From assembly GCA_937625935.1 (NCBI GenBank), contig OW569359.1:248001-312000 (forward strand): a stretch of 64,000 nt of DNA. The letters are read 5' to 3'. The position numbers and the translations under genes were made by a program. Below the pieces are notes generated by a model, which had not been told where the DNA came from, did not search any database, and saw only the letters and a program-made list of their open reading frames with translations. How positions within the stretch are numbered: position 1 is the stretch's first letter; each line of letters opens with the position of its first letter. Source of the DNA: Tetramitus jugosus. Taxonomy: Eukaryota; Protista; Heterolobosea. Positions 31,046 through 44,207 of the stretch are shown in pieces.

Positions 31046-34000
31046 ATGTCGGAACAACAAGATTTGATTGACTATTACACTTCCTCCTTTTCTATTTTGC
31101 ATGATTACTTGTCTTGCCCTCCAAGTGACTTTCCATGGGTGAGTACATGATCGATCGATTGTGTGATCACAAATTCTTCTTCATTCTTCTTCTCTATGTA
31201 TTTTATCTGACACACACGATTTTTCATCATTTTCAGCAACAAGTATTGCGCAGCGTACAGTCAAAGCTTGAGAGAATTATGGATCAGGTTGATCGAACGC
31301 ACAGCGATGTGTCGAGGCTTGAAAAACCAGAGAGTGATTCTCTCCGTGAGCTATTTGTGAAGCATATTTCAGCAAGAACAGTATGTAGTGGTAGTAGTAA
31401 TCATCATCGGCATCATTATTCTGTTTTTGTGTCTGCTGTGAAACAAAAGGATCTAAATGTTCAACAAACAAAAACTAACTTTGTGTACAGGGATTGAGTC
31501 AAGATCGTGCTCTCGAGTTGGTTTCAGATTATATCATGAGTGAGTTGCGTGATCCTAGTTCTTTTGGATGGAATGAGCCCAGTCTTCAAAAAGTTTGTAC
31601 TTGTTTTTGGCCTTATGATCATCATGAAATGATCTCTTCATTGTTACTAACTGTAAAAATCCTATTATATAAACTATGACACAATAATAGGTGATTGATT
31701 TTTATTATACGGAGAGACGGAGAATTGCAGATTGTATTACTCTGTTGTTGCGTGTAGTGAGTGAGGAGTCAGAGATGATTGACCAGATGGATGAGAGATT
31801 TAGAGCTTGTAGTCAAACGGTTGCCTATCTCGTGGATAAAAATTTGGAAAAAACCGCAATTTCGCAACTTCAAAACGCATCCGATTTTCAAGTGATTAAA
31901 AAGTCTTTGGATCATAACTTGTTGACGAGTAGTCAACTGGAGAGTGCAATCGCGTTTGTGACAGAGCAAAAATTAAGGGAGAAGGGTTCATTGTTGGAGA
32001 TGTTATTTATGTTGTACTATGTGCAGGGTGATTCAAAAGTTGGGTTGTCAGAACTGATGGACACTTTCCACGATTTGGATTACAATCAAATTGATACGCA
32101 CATAATAGATTTGAGCAGAGAAGGTCAATTATCAGTCGCGAGAAACACTTGTCTCACTCTATTGATTTTGATCGAGGCTTTCAAGATTCACAACCGCGAA
32201 TTATCGAAAATCAAAAATACTATTCAGAGCTTACAGGGGGAGCAACCGCATCATGCATTCATTTTATTGTCCTATTTGGTATTCCAACCTGTAGGTCATG
32301 TTATACGCGATGTCGCTTGGATCAAAAGTATTGGGCAGTCTTGGGAATGTACCTATCCTCTAATTACTGTAATGTTTGACAGTAAGAATATGAATTATCC
32401 ATTTTTGGGGCATCGAAACAATGTTAGGGGATACCGAGCTGTTGTTAGAGATTTACTGATTGCTATAGCATCGAGTCCACTGTTTCAACCTCAGACTATC
32501 ACAGCTCTCCCAATGCAATTTTTTGATCAATACTTGAAAGTACTGGAGGCTGTTATAGATCCAAACATGAATCTACTAATCGATGAAGAGGGCGATAGTG
32601 TCGATATCATACAACAGATGTTCGTTAGAGATGTATTCTCGGGTTCTCTCTCCTCTCTTTTAAAGCTACTGGTAACAATCTTTCCTGCGCAACCTCATCT
32701 TCTCCAATTGCTCTCACTAACGATATTTGACGCTAACTCCGCGTATCAAGTATTAAATTTTCTGATGGACAAGCAAGATTATTGTTGGATGAAGCGTTCA
32801 GACACAACTTTATCGGAGCAAATTGCTGAGCAGTTCTCTCAATATAATGTTTCTGTTGATCTGAGTGAGTGCAAGTTAATCGAAATGAATGGACAGAGCA
32901 TATATTTTTCCAAGGTAAGTTTCACATATTTGTAATGTACAAGGTTTTCTTTTTTCCTCACACCTTTACAGAATCAATTTTCAGGATTTCAATTTTGTCT
33001 GAGACAGCTGAAAAATATGTTGCCAACTCACGAACAACTACGGTTTAACAAAAATACATGCGAGAGCTTTTTACATTTTCTTGGTAAGATTGTTACGTAT
33101 GGTCACCCATCCATCATACAAGTGATTGATTCCAAGTTCGATAGCAACGAGAATGGGGATGCAAGCACACAGTGCGGAAATATTCTCTTGCTCGTATATT
33201 GTTTGATTAGGCAGTACGTCAGTGACATAAAGAATAACCTGCAACTTATCTGTTCATGTTGTAGGGTGATTCTTTCATTTGTAAGAAACAGAATGTTGCC
33301 TCATTCTATTCATACGTTAGTTACAAAGTATGTGACCTTGCTCATGCAACAAGGTTACATGTCTGCTATTTTGCAGTTTGAGTCCGCTGCCGGCACGTAT
33401 ACGGCTACTTTGACTTTACTAGAGACGGTGAATCTGCTAGTAAGTCAAAATATACTACCACAACAGGATTCATTATCTCTTACTACATTTATATGCTCTA
33501 ATGTATTTGCGGTTCATGATGTTTGGAGGTACGAAAAATTAGATCAACGATGGTCTCTTGCTTTTAAATGTTTGCGAGTATTCAATGAGATTATTGGACA
33601 AACTGTTTGGAATACACACGGTTGCAGTGAAAAACAAACTGGTATTCAGTTAATGCAAGCATTCTTGAGGGATGGCAGTTTGTATAGAATATTATTTATG
33701 TTTGTTGGTCTCGGAAGTTCACTGCTAGATGCTGTTTTGAATACAATTAAAACGGATGATGCATACATTTTGGAATATTTAATATTGGAGAGTTTATTGC
33801 TGCTAGAATCTCTCCTTAAATATAGAATATGTTCGATATCACAAATCATGGACAAGAGCACACCATTTGAGACAATTCTATTCTCGCAGCTTGTTGGAAA
33901 GGATCAAACTCCCTTGATTGCAGCGACATTCCAGTTCATTGACAATATTTACTCAACTGAAATTCGAGTTGTGGCATGCCGAATTATTAATTCCATAGCT

Positions 34001-36610
34001 CAGCTTACAGAACAATACAATCCAAGACCTCCATCTATTGCTAGCTACCTAGGTGCTCAGGCACCTTTTCTGATCGGCAAGTGCTTAGATTGTATCGAGA
34101 GTCGTGGTGAAGACAAAGACTTGAAGGTCGCAATGTTTGCTCTTATCGCCACAACTATTCAAATACAGCGTGGGTTGGGTTCTTTGTTTTTGAATCCTCC
34201 TCAATCTGGATCAGATGAGGAGAAGGTTGGTTGTGTTGACACCATTCGGAAAATCATACATTCATTCCAATCTGAATCAACAGAGATTCTATTGGGAGCT
34301 CTCTCTGTCTTGCTCGTAATCTTTCAGAAAGGAGAGGATTATGAAGTTATTGACAAACTGAACTCAACAGGAGAAACATTTTGGAAAGATTTGATGTCTA
34401 TGTGTGACTACTTTGTCAACATCAGCGATGATAGGTCGCAAGTCGCTCGAATTTTAGCACACACCGTTCATATATTTGCCCTTAACTTGTTCACTGATTC
34501 AAATCAACTTGAATATTTCCGATACAAACCTGGAACAGACAATGATAATGATGTCGAGCGAATAGAACAACTCCTCAATTATGCCCAGGAAGGCATTGCA
34601 CTCATCACTAAGTGTAATGATCATATTAATGAGCTTGGGAAGCTAGCTCGTCAATTTGGAATAGCTGATGATTTGAATAGTTGTATTGTTGTTAAGGGTG
34701 GAATACAGATTTTATTCAATACTACACAATTAGCTCAGAGTTTAATCATTGGAGTGAAAGACGCAGAATTGCGAAAAACCATTTTGGATGGAGCTGAGAC
34801 CATTAATAAGGACCTGTTATGTGTTGAAGAGCATTTCACGATGTTTGATGCGATTTATAGACTTTTATCTGCAAGAACGAATTCTCCGTCTACAGCACTA
34901 TTTCCGAAGGTTTTGAAGAGTTTGGAGAGCATGGTTGCACACAATACAAAATTGCTGCCATTGTTGGAGGAGAAAATGAACGATGTGTACTTGATTGCTT
35001 CTAAGATGCTTGTGTGTGTGACTAGTCAATCAAATGAAAGTGGTCCGATTGATTTAGTCAGGTCATATCGAGAAATAGAAGATGACATTCAGAGTATTCT
35101 TCTTTGGCATCTTCTAAGCGACAGATTTGAAGTGTGTGAAAATATCCTTCTGGTACTACACCTTATGACTGGATCAATGGTTGACTCTGAAGCTACAGAG
35201 AGTCGTGCAAAGGTCAACGAAAGACTGCAAACTAGAGAAGAGAGACTTGTTCCGCTAATAGGAGTATGCTTACAAAAAATCCCACGCGTTGCATGCCGTC
35301 AAATATGTTTGTCACTATTGTCCATGAAGAAGGTCAACAATTTGGAATACGAAAGAGGGGTACTATTATTTGCTCTAAATCATATTCGCAACTTTAATTT
35401 TGGAAGTGATCCTACGAGCGTGGTTCAGCCTAAATCATCGGAAGCAAGCTTAGATGAAACTCAAATTGTATTGGATGCGCTTAATTTCCTATTATCTAGT
35501 GTTTTTCAATGCGAGGAGGCATATATTAACCGCACACACGATATCATTCGCTCTTTTTCAGCAAATATTAATCTGAGTGCTTCAGTCGAAATGTACAAGA
35601 ATGAGGAGCAGAGCGTATCGTTTAAAATGTGGAAGGTCGTACTCAAGATTATGTGCACTATTTGCCAAACTTCTAGCCCGTCTAACATTGACCATGTCCT
35701 TGCTGAAACAATTTTTGATTTTTGCAAGACTCACGAACGTCGTCTACTCTTTGGTTTAGTTGATGTATGGAATGCGAGTCCGCGTACTTTAGCTGCTGCA
35801 GAGGAAGCAGAGTTGACGAGCATGTTGATGCATGCATTAGCTCGATTAGGTTTACTGAACAATTTGCCGTCCATTACAGACGCTATACTAAGGAGTGTGT
35901 TGATAACTTCTAAAGTTATGATGAATCCGAACATCTCTCCCGTCTCGCCAGCAGAACGGAAGTCGATATTCGCAGAGAATACATCACTAAGTGCCCGATT
36001 TGCAACTGAAGATTTGTCATGGTTTACGAGAGTGAATGTGACTCTCTACAGTAATCTTCGTGCTCTATTGTCTTCTATTACTTACCTCGTAGTCAATGGT
36101 AACAGAAGTCTGTCGTCCTCTGTGACTGAAGAACACACAAGCATTCATAGCATCCTAAAGAGCTCGCGTGCCTGCTGCGCTGCTCTTAAGAAGTTATCGT
36201 CTCGTGATTTTAACAGCGGTCAATTCTTGACGATATCCGATGTGACTTTATCATCCACGGTTTCAACTGCCAGCTCATCCATCGCAACTGTGGCGTCAAC
36301 TATCGAGGACTATCGGGTTTTATTGTGGTCTACGATTCTTGGTGCGTTGTCAGAGTCGATTGCTATTGTGTTCGTCCAGTTAGGAAAGTGGCATCAAACG
36401 AGACAAGCAGACACTCAAGTGATTAGAGCACGCATATATCTTTTGGCTGAAATTGAACGAACAAGAAAGATTCTCTCCAGCGTTCGTGCCAAGGTGGACA
36501 ACACAATTCAAGAGGTGCATGATAGTATCTCTTCTTTAATTTCCTTCCTTGACTCGGTTACCCAAAAATTAGACGAAATGGAAGAGCAACGACGTAGCAG
36601 ACAACCTTGA
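31046..36610 (+). CDS. NUP188: Nucleoporin Nup188-like; 5 exons
   Basis: In-frame introns 31139-31236, 31381-31490, 31593-31690 and 32915-32971 give a ~1700-aa helical protein with DFYYTERR, ESAAGTYTATL, WRYEKLDQRW and QRGLGSLFL. Confidence 0.75.
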
Positions 36611-38261
36611 TAATTAATAAACACAACTTGAAAGTAATAATGAGGAGGAGCAGGGACCATGGTACAATAACCAACAACAACGCGAGTGCCCAAAGAGACA
36701 AAGTGCTCTTTCTCTGACTCGGAGTGGCCAAAGCAAACTTTGTTAATTGCCTCAACCAAAAGCGATACATGATGGAGGCTCCATGATACGGCGTCTTTCC
36801 CTCCTTGTTCTTGATCTTTTGAAGTTGCTTGAGAGTTTGTCCATCCATCTTCAGTGCCACTGGACAGAGCAACGCCAATGATGATGTCAAACTTTGATTG
36901 CAGTAATGCAATAGTGTATTACCGGATGAATCAGTCATGGTCAATATTTTCTGAACATTGGAATACAACTCTGGCCTAAAGTCAGCTCCCTCCCGAAACT
37001 CTTCTGAATCTGCTTGCTTATTGAAAGAGTTTGCCCACTGAAACACCCACAAGAAGATAATTGGATTGGTTATCTTCAACAGATCTGAGAATACTTTTTC
37101 CATTTGACGTATGTCAATATTTTGTTCTTTGTTTCTTTTGCTAAAGACACGTAGAGCAAAGTTCTTCAATTTCCTAAAGTGTCTGCCAATGTATCCAGGT
37201 AGAGTATAGAGCTTCTGTGGGGGTTGTTTCTTCAGAGATTGATGGAAGATTGTAGAGCCAGAGTGATTTTGCATCAAGTATTCAAAGGAAACAGCCGGAT
37301 CACTGGAAACTAGCATCATACCAACCATCAAGATGAATAGGTCGTCTTGATGGGCTGTATAGGAATCAATCAATATTTTGCGATCTGAAACAGTTGTAGC
37401 AAAGAATTTTAACAGATCCTTTTGCGTGTCTTCACAATCTTGCTCATCGAGCTCTTCAATCATGCTTAAGATGCTTCGGAATTCGGATGCAAACTCTTCA
37501 TTATCTGGTCTAAGCTTGGTTGCATAGGACAACAGGAAGTAAATTAATTCATCAGCCATATGATTTTTGATACAGAACTCAATGACCGTTGTACCATTAC
37601 TGTCCTTCTGATCCAAGGACCTTAGAAATTGAGGATGCATCGAAACAAAACGTTGAAAATGGTTATCCACTCGTAGTAAGTCCGCTACAAACACCTTTTT
37701 TCGTACAAGCTTCTGTTCAACTAACTTTGAAAAAGCTCGAATCAATCGTTCCTTTAACTTTGTTCTTCTTTGTTCCACAATACTCACATCTGTGGAATTG
37801 TTCTGTTCTTGAATGGCCACATGCATTGCCGTTTGACCAGAGATATCCACATGATTGAACCATTGGTTCGCTTCCTGCACTTGATCCTCGGACAACAAAC
37901 TCAGATTCTGCCTCATTTGATCATGCACCGAATCAGGTAAACTCTTGTGAGATTTGGCCATGAGATGCAACAGTGTTTGGTCCGTGTTGTCCTCTGTTCT
38001 GTAATCGAACAATTCTTGAATGGATTCGGATTTGAGCTCTTGTTTCATCCTTGTGAATTCCTTGTCTTCAATCATTTGCTTCCAATCTCTATAGAAGCGA
38101 TAACTACTGGTGTTCTTTTGAATTTGTTGCATCAACAACATCGGCAATGTCAAAGTGCCCTGTTGGTGCAGGAGAGGCATTTGGTGGAGTCCACTACGAG
38201 CAGTCGTAGCAGATTTCAGGATGGCAAACGATGATGGTGAACGCACAACTCTTCTGTACAT
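36558..38261 (-). CDS. Ankyrin-repeat protein with mitochondrial-like presequence and C-terminal TM
   Basis: QTLLHL, GQTAMHVA, GNTLLHY and NKEGKTPY ankyrin motifs; Arg/Ser-rich, acid-free N-terminus; hydrophobic C-terminus. Confidence 0.75.
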   Translation of the reverse strand: MYRRVVRSPSSFAILKSATTARSGLHQMPLLHQQGTLTLPMLLMQQIQKNTSSYRFYRDWKQMIEDKEFTRMKQELKSESIQELFDYRTEDNTDQTLLHLMAKSHKSLPDSVHDQMRQNLSLLSEDQVQEANQWFNHVDISGQTAMHVAIQEQNNSTDVSIVEQRRTKLKERLIRAFSKLVEQKLVRKKVFVADLLRVDNHFQRFVSMHPQFLRSLDQKDSNGTTVIEFCIKNHMADELIYFLLSYATKLRPDNEEFASEFRSILSMIEELDEQDCEDTQKDLLKFFATTVSDRKILIDSYTAHQDDLFILMVGMMLVSSDPAVSFEYLMQNHSGSTIFHQSLKKQPPQKLYTLPGYIGRHFRKLKNFALRVFSKRNKEQNIDIRQMEKVFSDLLKITNPIIFLWVFQWANSFNKQADSEEFREGADFRPELYSNVQKILTMTDSSGNTLLHYCNQSLTSSLALLCPVALKMDGQTLKQLQKIKNKEGKTPYHGASIMYRFWLRQLTKFALATPSQRKSTLSLWALALLLVIVPWSLLLLIITFKLCLLIIKVVCYVVALPFRLIFG

Positions 38262-38690
38262 GAATGTTTTTTTTCTCTATTGTTTGTCTTGGGATGACTG
38301 ACGATCTGATCTGCCAGTTCTTCTACTTGGTCGGAATGTTTATCCAAATTTTTTGGGGTATTCGTGCGTGGGGAACCATTTCCAATTCTCAGGTGGAAGG
38401 AGTTGGTTAATCGATCTCGAATACCCCAAAAATTTTGGAATGTTCATCCAAAACATGTTCATTTTGATCGGGATATCTTGTATGGGATTGTTGTTCGCGC
38501 ACATAAAAATACAACTGTGGTATTTTTGGTTGACCAAGCAAACGGTCGACACAATCCGCGGTAATTGTAATAAATATCAACAATGGTTCAAGAAAACAAT
38601 AAGATTCATATTTCCAAGGAACGAACTTCAATATCTTGGAAAACACTTCTTTACATTCGCCTCTAACAAAACAACAATTACAAACAATCC

Positions 38691-39278
38691 ATGGACGAAT
38701 CAATCAAAATTGTGGTGGTAGGCGATGGGGCTGTCGGTAAAACTTGTCTTCTCGTGAGTTACTCCCAAAACTCGTTCCCGGAGGACTATGTGCCCACAGT
38801 TTTCGACAATTACAACGCAAATGTGCTGTGGAGGAACAAAACGGTTCAACTTCAGCTTTGGGATACCGCAGGACAGGAGGATTATGATAAATTAAGACCG
38901 TTGAGCTATCCCGAAACAGATGTGTTCATCATGTGTTTCGATGTGACCAATGGAACTTCATTCGAAAATATTGGAGAGAAATGGATCAAAGAGATTAGAA
39001 ATTGCTGTCCCAAAGTGCCCATTGTTCTCTGTGGAACAAAGAGTGATTTGAGAGATTCCCCGGAGTTTTTGAGAGGGTTAGAGCTGAAAGGACAGAGAAT
39101 AGTACCGGGAGATGAAGCAAGAAGAGCTGTTGCAGAATTTGGTCTCGTTGAATATGTGGAGTGTAGTGCGCGGACACAGAGAGGACTGAAGAGACTGTTT
39201 GAGACATGTATTGAGGCCGTGTTAGCGCCAAAGAAGAAGGAGAAGAGGAAATTCTTTTCTAAATGTACAATTCTATAA
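38691..39278 (+). CDS. Rho-family (Rac-like) small GTPase
   Basis: GDGAVGKT, YVPTVFDNY, WDTAGQEDY, GTKSD, ECSA and a polybasic CTIL CaaX tail. Confidence 0.97.
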   Translation: MDESIKIVVVGDGAVGKTCLLVSYSQNSFPEDYVPTVFDNYNANVLWRNKTVQLQLWDTAGQEDYDKLRPLSYPETDVFIMCFDVTNGTSFENIGEKWIKEIRNCCPKVPIVLCGTKSDLRDSPEFLRGLELKGQRIVPGDEARRAVAEFGLVEYVECSARTQRGLKRLFETCIEAVLAPKKKEKRKFFSKCTIL

Positions 39279-39332
39279 ATTGGATCATAATTACTTCTCT
39301 TTTGTTTGCTCGAATATAGTTCATTTCGCATT

Positions 39333-42300
39333 TTATTGTTGGTGGGTGGGCTTGTGGAAGGAGTGTTGTAACTGTTCGTACCGCAGTAGCTCTGCTTCAG
39401 AAACGGAAGGAGTGAGTCTCTGGAGAGCCTTGTCAAAGTCACTGTAGTTTACAGTAGTAACGCATGGAGTGGTATTCTGATCGTTGTTGTTGTTGAGGTC
39501 ATGTGGTTGATTGGCGATGCTTCTTAGCACGGCATTCATGAATGCATCTGAGCTGAGGGCATAAAAATCAGCTCCCGTCATTCCCATTGGACAACGTTGC
39601 ACGACCTGTTTTAGCATTGGAGGAAACTCGAGCACAGCTAATGCCTCGTCCATCTCAATAGCTTCATCTTCAAAGTCTGTTGTCGATTCATCCAAGAGGA
39701 ACTTTCTGGTCTGGGCATGAAGAATCTTCAATTGATCAACCTTGTTGCTCGATACACCTAGATAGACCATTCTATCGAAACGACCAGGTCTGAGAAGCGC
39801 AGCATCAATCAAATCGGGTCGATTCGTTGCTCCAATCACATAAATTTCATCATTTCCGTGATCATCCAGCTCTGCCAGCAGCTGAGATACGACACGATCC
39901 ATCACGCCACCAGAGTCTCCGCTGACACCTCTATTTGGTGCGAGTGAATCGAGTTCGTCAAAGAAGATGACACAAGGTTTGGCTTGACGGGCTCTTTCGA
40001 ACACCATACGAACATTTCTCTCACTTTCTCCTACGTACATGTTGATGAGTTCGGGACCTTTGACACTCACAAAGTTGAGAGAGCATTCAGTGGCCACTGC
40101 TTTAGCCAAAAGAGTCTTTGGTATTAATTTTATGCATGGATGTGTGTAGGGTGAGAGTCAGTACATGAATGTGAATGAACAATACAAAAAAGATGCTATC
40201 CATACAAACCTTTCCAGTGCCCGGAGGCCCGTACAGGAGAACTCCACATCGTCCTTTGGATTTCTTACCTGATACCTTTGCAAACAAAGGAGATTGCTGA
40301 ATGGTATCAAGAATTTCTTGTTTTGCATTCTCGAGGCCACCAATATCCTGCCACTTGACCTGTGGAATACTACTCACTTGCGTGCTGGCACCACCTGCGG
40401 CCGCAGATGATATTTTCATTTTATCTCTGAACCATTTCACACCTACCCCGATATGTGGTTCACTACTCAGCACTCGATGACCAATCAAAGATTTACTCGA
40501 GCGGTGGCCATGATCCTTTTCTTCCTCAATTATCGCTAGTTGTGATATTGAGAGTGCAGTTCTGATATCTTGTACGGATGCACCTGTAAAATGAGATGCA
40601 ACCCCATGAGCACTAACATCTCTAGATAGATAACTCGCCTTGTCAACATAAGTTTGAGCAAGCTTCTCTCTAACTTCAATGTTGTATGAAAGAGGGAAGT
40701 TTACTCGATTCATGAACAAAGTTCTGAAAGGAGCTGTCAAATCCTCAAACTTTTCTACAGAGCATATACATAAGATTGGATAGAGCTGACTTCCATTGCT
40801 TGAACGAGAGATTAATCTTTGCTGGTTCTTCAACTGTTCGTTAATAATTTGAACAAGACGAAGTTTTGCACTCTTCATGGATGCTGGAAGATGAGCGGCT
40901 CCCCCAGCTGATTCCGCATCAAAAGCATCCATATTTCTCAAGTAGAGAATACATGGAGACACTTGCCTTGCCAATGTAAACACCTGCTTCATGCTATCAT
41001 TTGTTTGAGCATCATTTTCGGAGAGAAGTTCATAACAGTTCAGCTCAATGCAGTGAAGACCATAGGTAGAGGCTAGGGCATGAACTGCATGTCGTTTTCC
41101 TGTTCCTCTCTCTCCATGAATCAGCATACTATGACTCAAATGTTGCCATTGTCCACGAGATTGTGTTTTCAGATTACGTTGTGCATACAGAGACAAAATG
41201 GGCTCAATAAATTGTTTGGCTAATGCTTGATAGGGAGGCAGTAAGTGAACATTGAGAGAACCGGAGTCAATGATTGGAGGCAAGAAACCTTGGACAGGTC
41301 GAGCATTGCTATTGAGGCGCGTATACGTTGGATGAAGCAAGTATGATCGAGTCGCATCTCTATTATAGCTCTCATTCCTAATTTCCATCACTCGATAATA
41401 GCAGAACGGTTGATGAACGTGGTCCAATGTTTGAGAAGAGCAGGCCAATTCTTCCTCCAATAAAATTTCATCTATTCCATGACTCTGTGATGAATTGGTT
41501 AGTTCTGTGATAATCTCAGGTGAGAGAGCACTTGGAACAGCAATGACATCTCCTTCCTTCACCACACGCTTCTTGGACTTAAAGTACTGCTTCAGTGAAA
41601 TGTCTCCCAATTGATTCATCATCTCCAGATATTCAGGATCGTTTTGCTGAGGAGAGAACTGATTTGGAGAAGAGATTGGCGCTAGCACAACAACATTTGC
41701 AACAGTTGGCTGAGCATCAGCAAATGGTTGAATCCGAACATGCACACGATCCACATTTAACACACTCTTCAAAACATTGAAGGCCAAGATTGGAGAGAGT
41801 ATAATCGTTTCCTTGGTGTTGTTGTTGTTGCTATCATCATCATCGACTGCAAATAATTGGACCAAATGAGACTCGTCCGACGCTTCTTCAGAATACAACT
41901 CTACCCATGAACCGTTTAATACATGATACTTTTTCAGGAGTTTTGTACTGACAAATCCAATCAAATCCGGATCAATGGAAGAATCCATCATGGCAACGTT
42001 GCGCGCACTTCTCTTTTGATGAAAATGTTGTTGATGCGTCACAAAATATGATTCAAAATCAATCAAGAGATTAAAATTTCTTGATGTTGTTGTTGTTGTT
42101 GCTGTTTTTTGATTCTGTTGGTTTCGAGAACTGTGGTAGAATTTAGAGACTTGTAGCATGGGTGGCAATTCGTCATCTTCACTGTCGTCTTCATTTGACA
42201 GTGATTCCATTGCTTGCTTCTTCTTCTTCGCATAATGATGACTGATGTTGTTTGTTGATTCATTATTGTCCAATAACAAGATGACTTTCGTCTTGTTGAC

Positions 42301-42933
42301 ATCAATGATTCCACTCGTAAATGGTTTTGATTCAATGCACTTGAAATGATATTGTTGTGTTGTTGAATCAACATTCTTCTGTTTTTGCAAGACAAGTGTT
42401 TGATCTCTGTAACAGAATGAAGAGTATTGTTTCTGAATAGTTTCAATGGTAATCCAATCAAAATTGTTATTAGTTGTGATTTGATGATCATCATCATCAT
42501 CTAGTTGTTGTTGTTGTTGAAGAACAATGGTTTCTAATGTTGGTAATGCGTGATGAGGAACGACTGATGCAACAAGCAATAATTCTTCTTCTTGCTTGTG
42601 ATGGTGATGATTGTGAAGAAGATGAATTGGTGTTGTATGATATTCATCCATGTGGAAAAATGTGTTCAAAAAATGTTGAGTCACATGAACAATTTGAAGA
42701 TCTTTTGTTTGTGATGATGCATTGCTACTATCGTGCAACTTTGGTTGATAGATTGCTTGTGCATAAATCACATGATCATCATGAATTGTTGTTTGTTTGT
42801 TGAGTGATTCGAGTTGAATGATCACAGTGGAAGAATTATTGTTGGACCACTCTTGAATTTCATGGTAGACTATGAGAGAGTGTGGGTGGTGTTGGTCAGT
42901 GCTGTCATGCAACAATCGTAGCTCGACAATCAT
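39333..42933 (-). CDS. PEX6: Peroxisomal AAA ATPase PEX6; 2 exons
   Basis: Intron 40116-40209 restores GPPGTGK|[49 protein letters not shown] and [19 protein letters not shown]; degenerate D1 (GERGTGKR). Confidence 0.95.
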
Positions 42934-43062
42934 ATTTCTTGCTTGTGTTGTTCTTGTATTTTTTGTTGAAATGCATTAACCTGGTCAAGTCGGAGTATAA
43001 CATTCGGATAAATATTTCGCGGGTAATACAATGATGGACAGAATTACAGTGTATGAAAAAAG

Positions 43063-43981
43063 ATGGAAAATCAGATAGACATGATACTGACTGAAAGAAG
43101 GTATCAAAACTTGCTGAAAATTCTTCTGATCGAGAAAACGAAACAAGAGAGTAATCATCTTTCTCGTTGCGTCTCAGTGAGATTGCACCAGCATTATGAT
43201 GACTTGTTGGTCCAATATTTCTATTCGGATTCATGGAAAAAGAACAAAGAGGTAATGAGAGAAGAGATCAAAGAGTTCTTGCTTTTCTGCCTGGAAGTGC
43301 TTCAATCGTTAGAGACCTGCGAACATCAACGAGACCAAATTCTCATTTTCCAGAGAGAATACCTGCATTTTCTGGACAAAGAATTTGAGGAGGATTCAAC
43401 AGCCAAAGGAAGCTCTCAGGTCGAGATCAAGTGGGAACTATTGAACTTGTGGGTAAAACATGGAGAGAATTGCATGCAAATGAAGTATCACGACAATACG
43501 ATAAGATCCTTTAGCAGAGCGCTCCAGTTGATTGAATCCTTGATGAAGAGCCATGAAAAAATCACAATTGACCAACACAACTTACTCTTCAATGCCAAAC
43601 AATTGCAACAGTTAAGAACTGAACTGCTGAATCAATTGGCGAGTGTTCATTCAATGAACAGGAACTTTCGTATGTAGCTTGCGCATAAGTTTGTGATGTT
43701 GTTCGTCTTCTAACACATTGGCAATACGATTAGTTCAATCTGAAGCGATCATGGCAATGCTGAGACAAGAGGAGATACAACAGATGGAGGAACAATTGAA
43801 AATTGAGAATCAAGAACAATACTCTCAGTGGTGCGTCCAACAGAACAAAAAGTCGATTTTAGCCTACAGGGTATGTTGATTATGATTTCATCACAAAACC
43901 TCCAACATTTCACTGAAATGCACTAAATCCACCAAGAAAATGTACGCCTTGCGTCAGAAGAAAATATCCGACACGGAGTGA
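43063..43981 (+). CDS. Hypothetical helical/TPR-like protein; 3 exons
   Basis: Introns 43670-43733 and 43871-43936 keep frame. One TPR-like segment (LWVKHGENC..TIRSFSRALQL). 3' end uncertain. Confidence 0.55.
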
Positions 43982-44207
43982 GTTCGAAGGAGCGTCGTAC
44001 TTGCCCCAGCGTACCGTTTAGTGTAGTCCTCGTTTTATGCTCTTCTCGACACTGTCGTACAAGGATTATCGTCCAGCGGACTTCATGAACAAAGTTTCGC
44101 ATGAAAAGCAATTGATTACAGATTGAGATGAGTTAGTTGTGTTTGCTGCAATCTTTCGGATTTTCTCCACACAAAAAAATAATTGTGGCTCGCATTCAAT
44201 GAACTTA

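Noticed and set aside
38353-38721. 122-aa ORF upstream of the Rac gene
   Set aside because: Non-ATG start, overlaps the Rac leader, no domain; probably promoter/UTR sequence.
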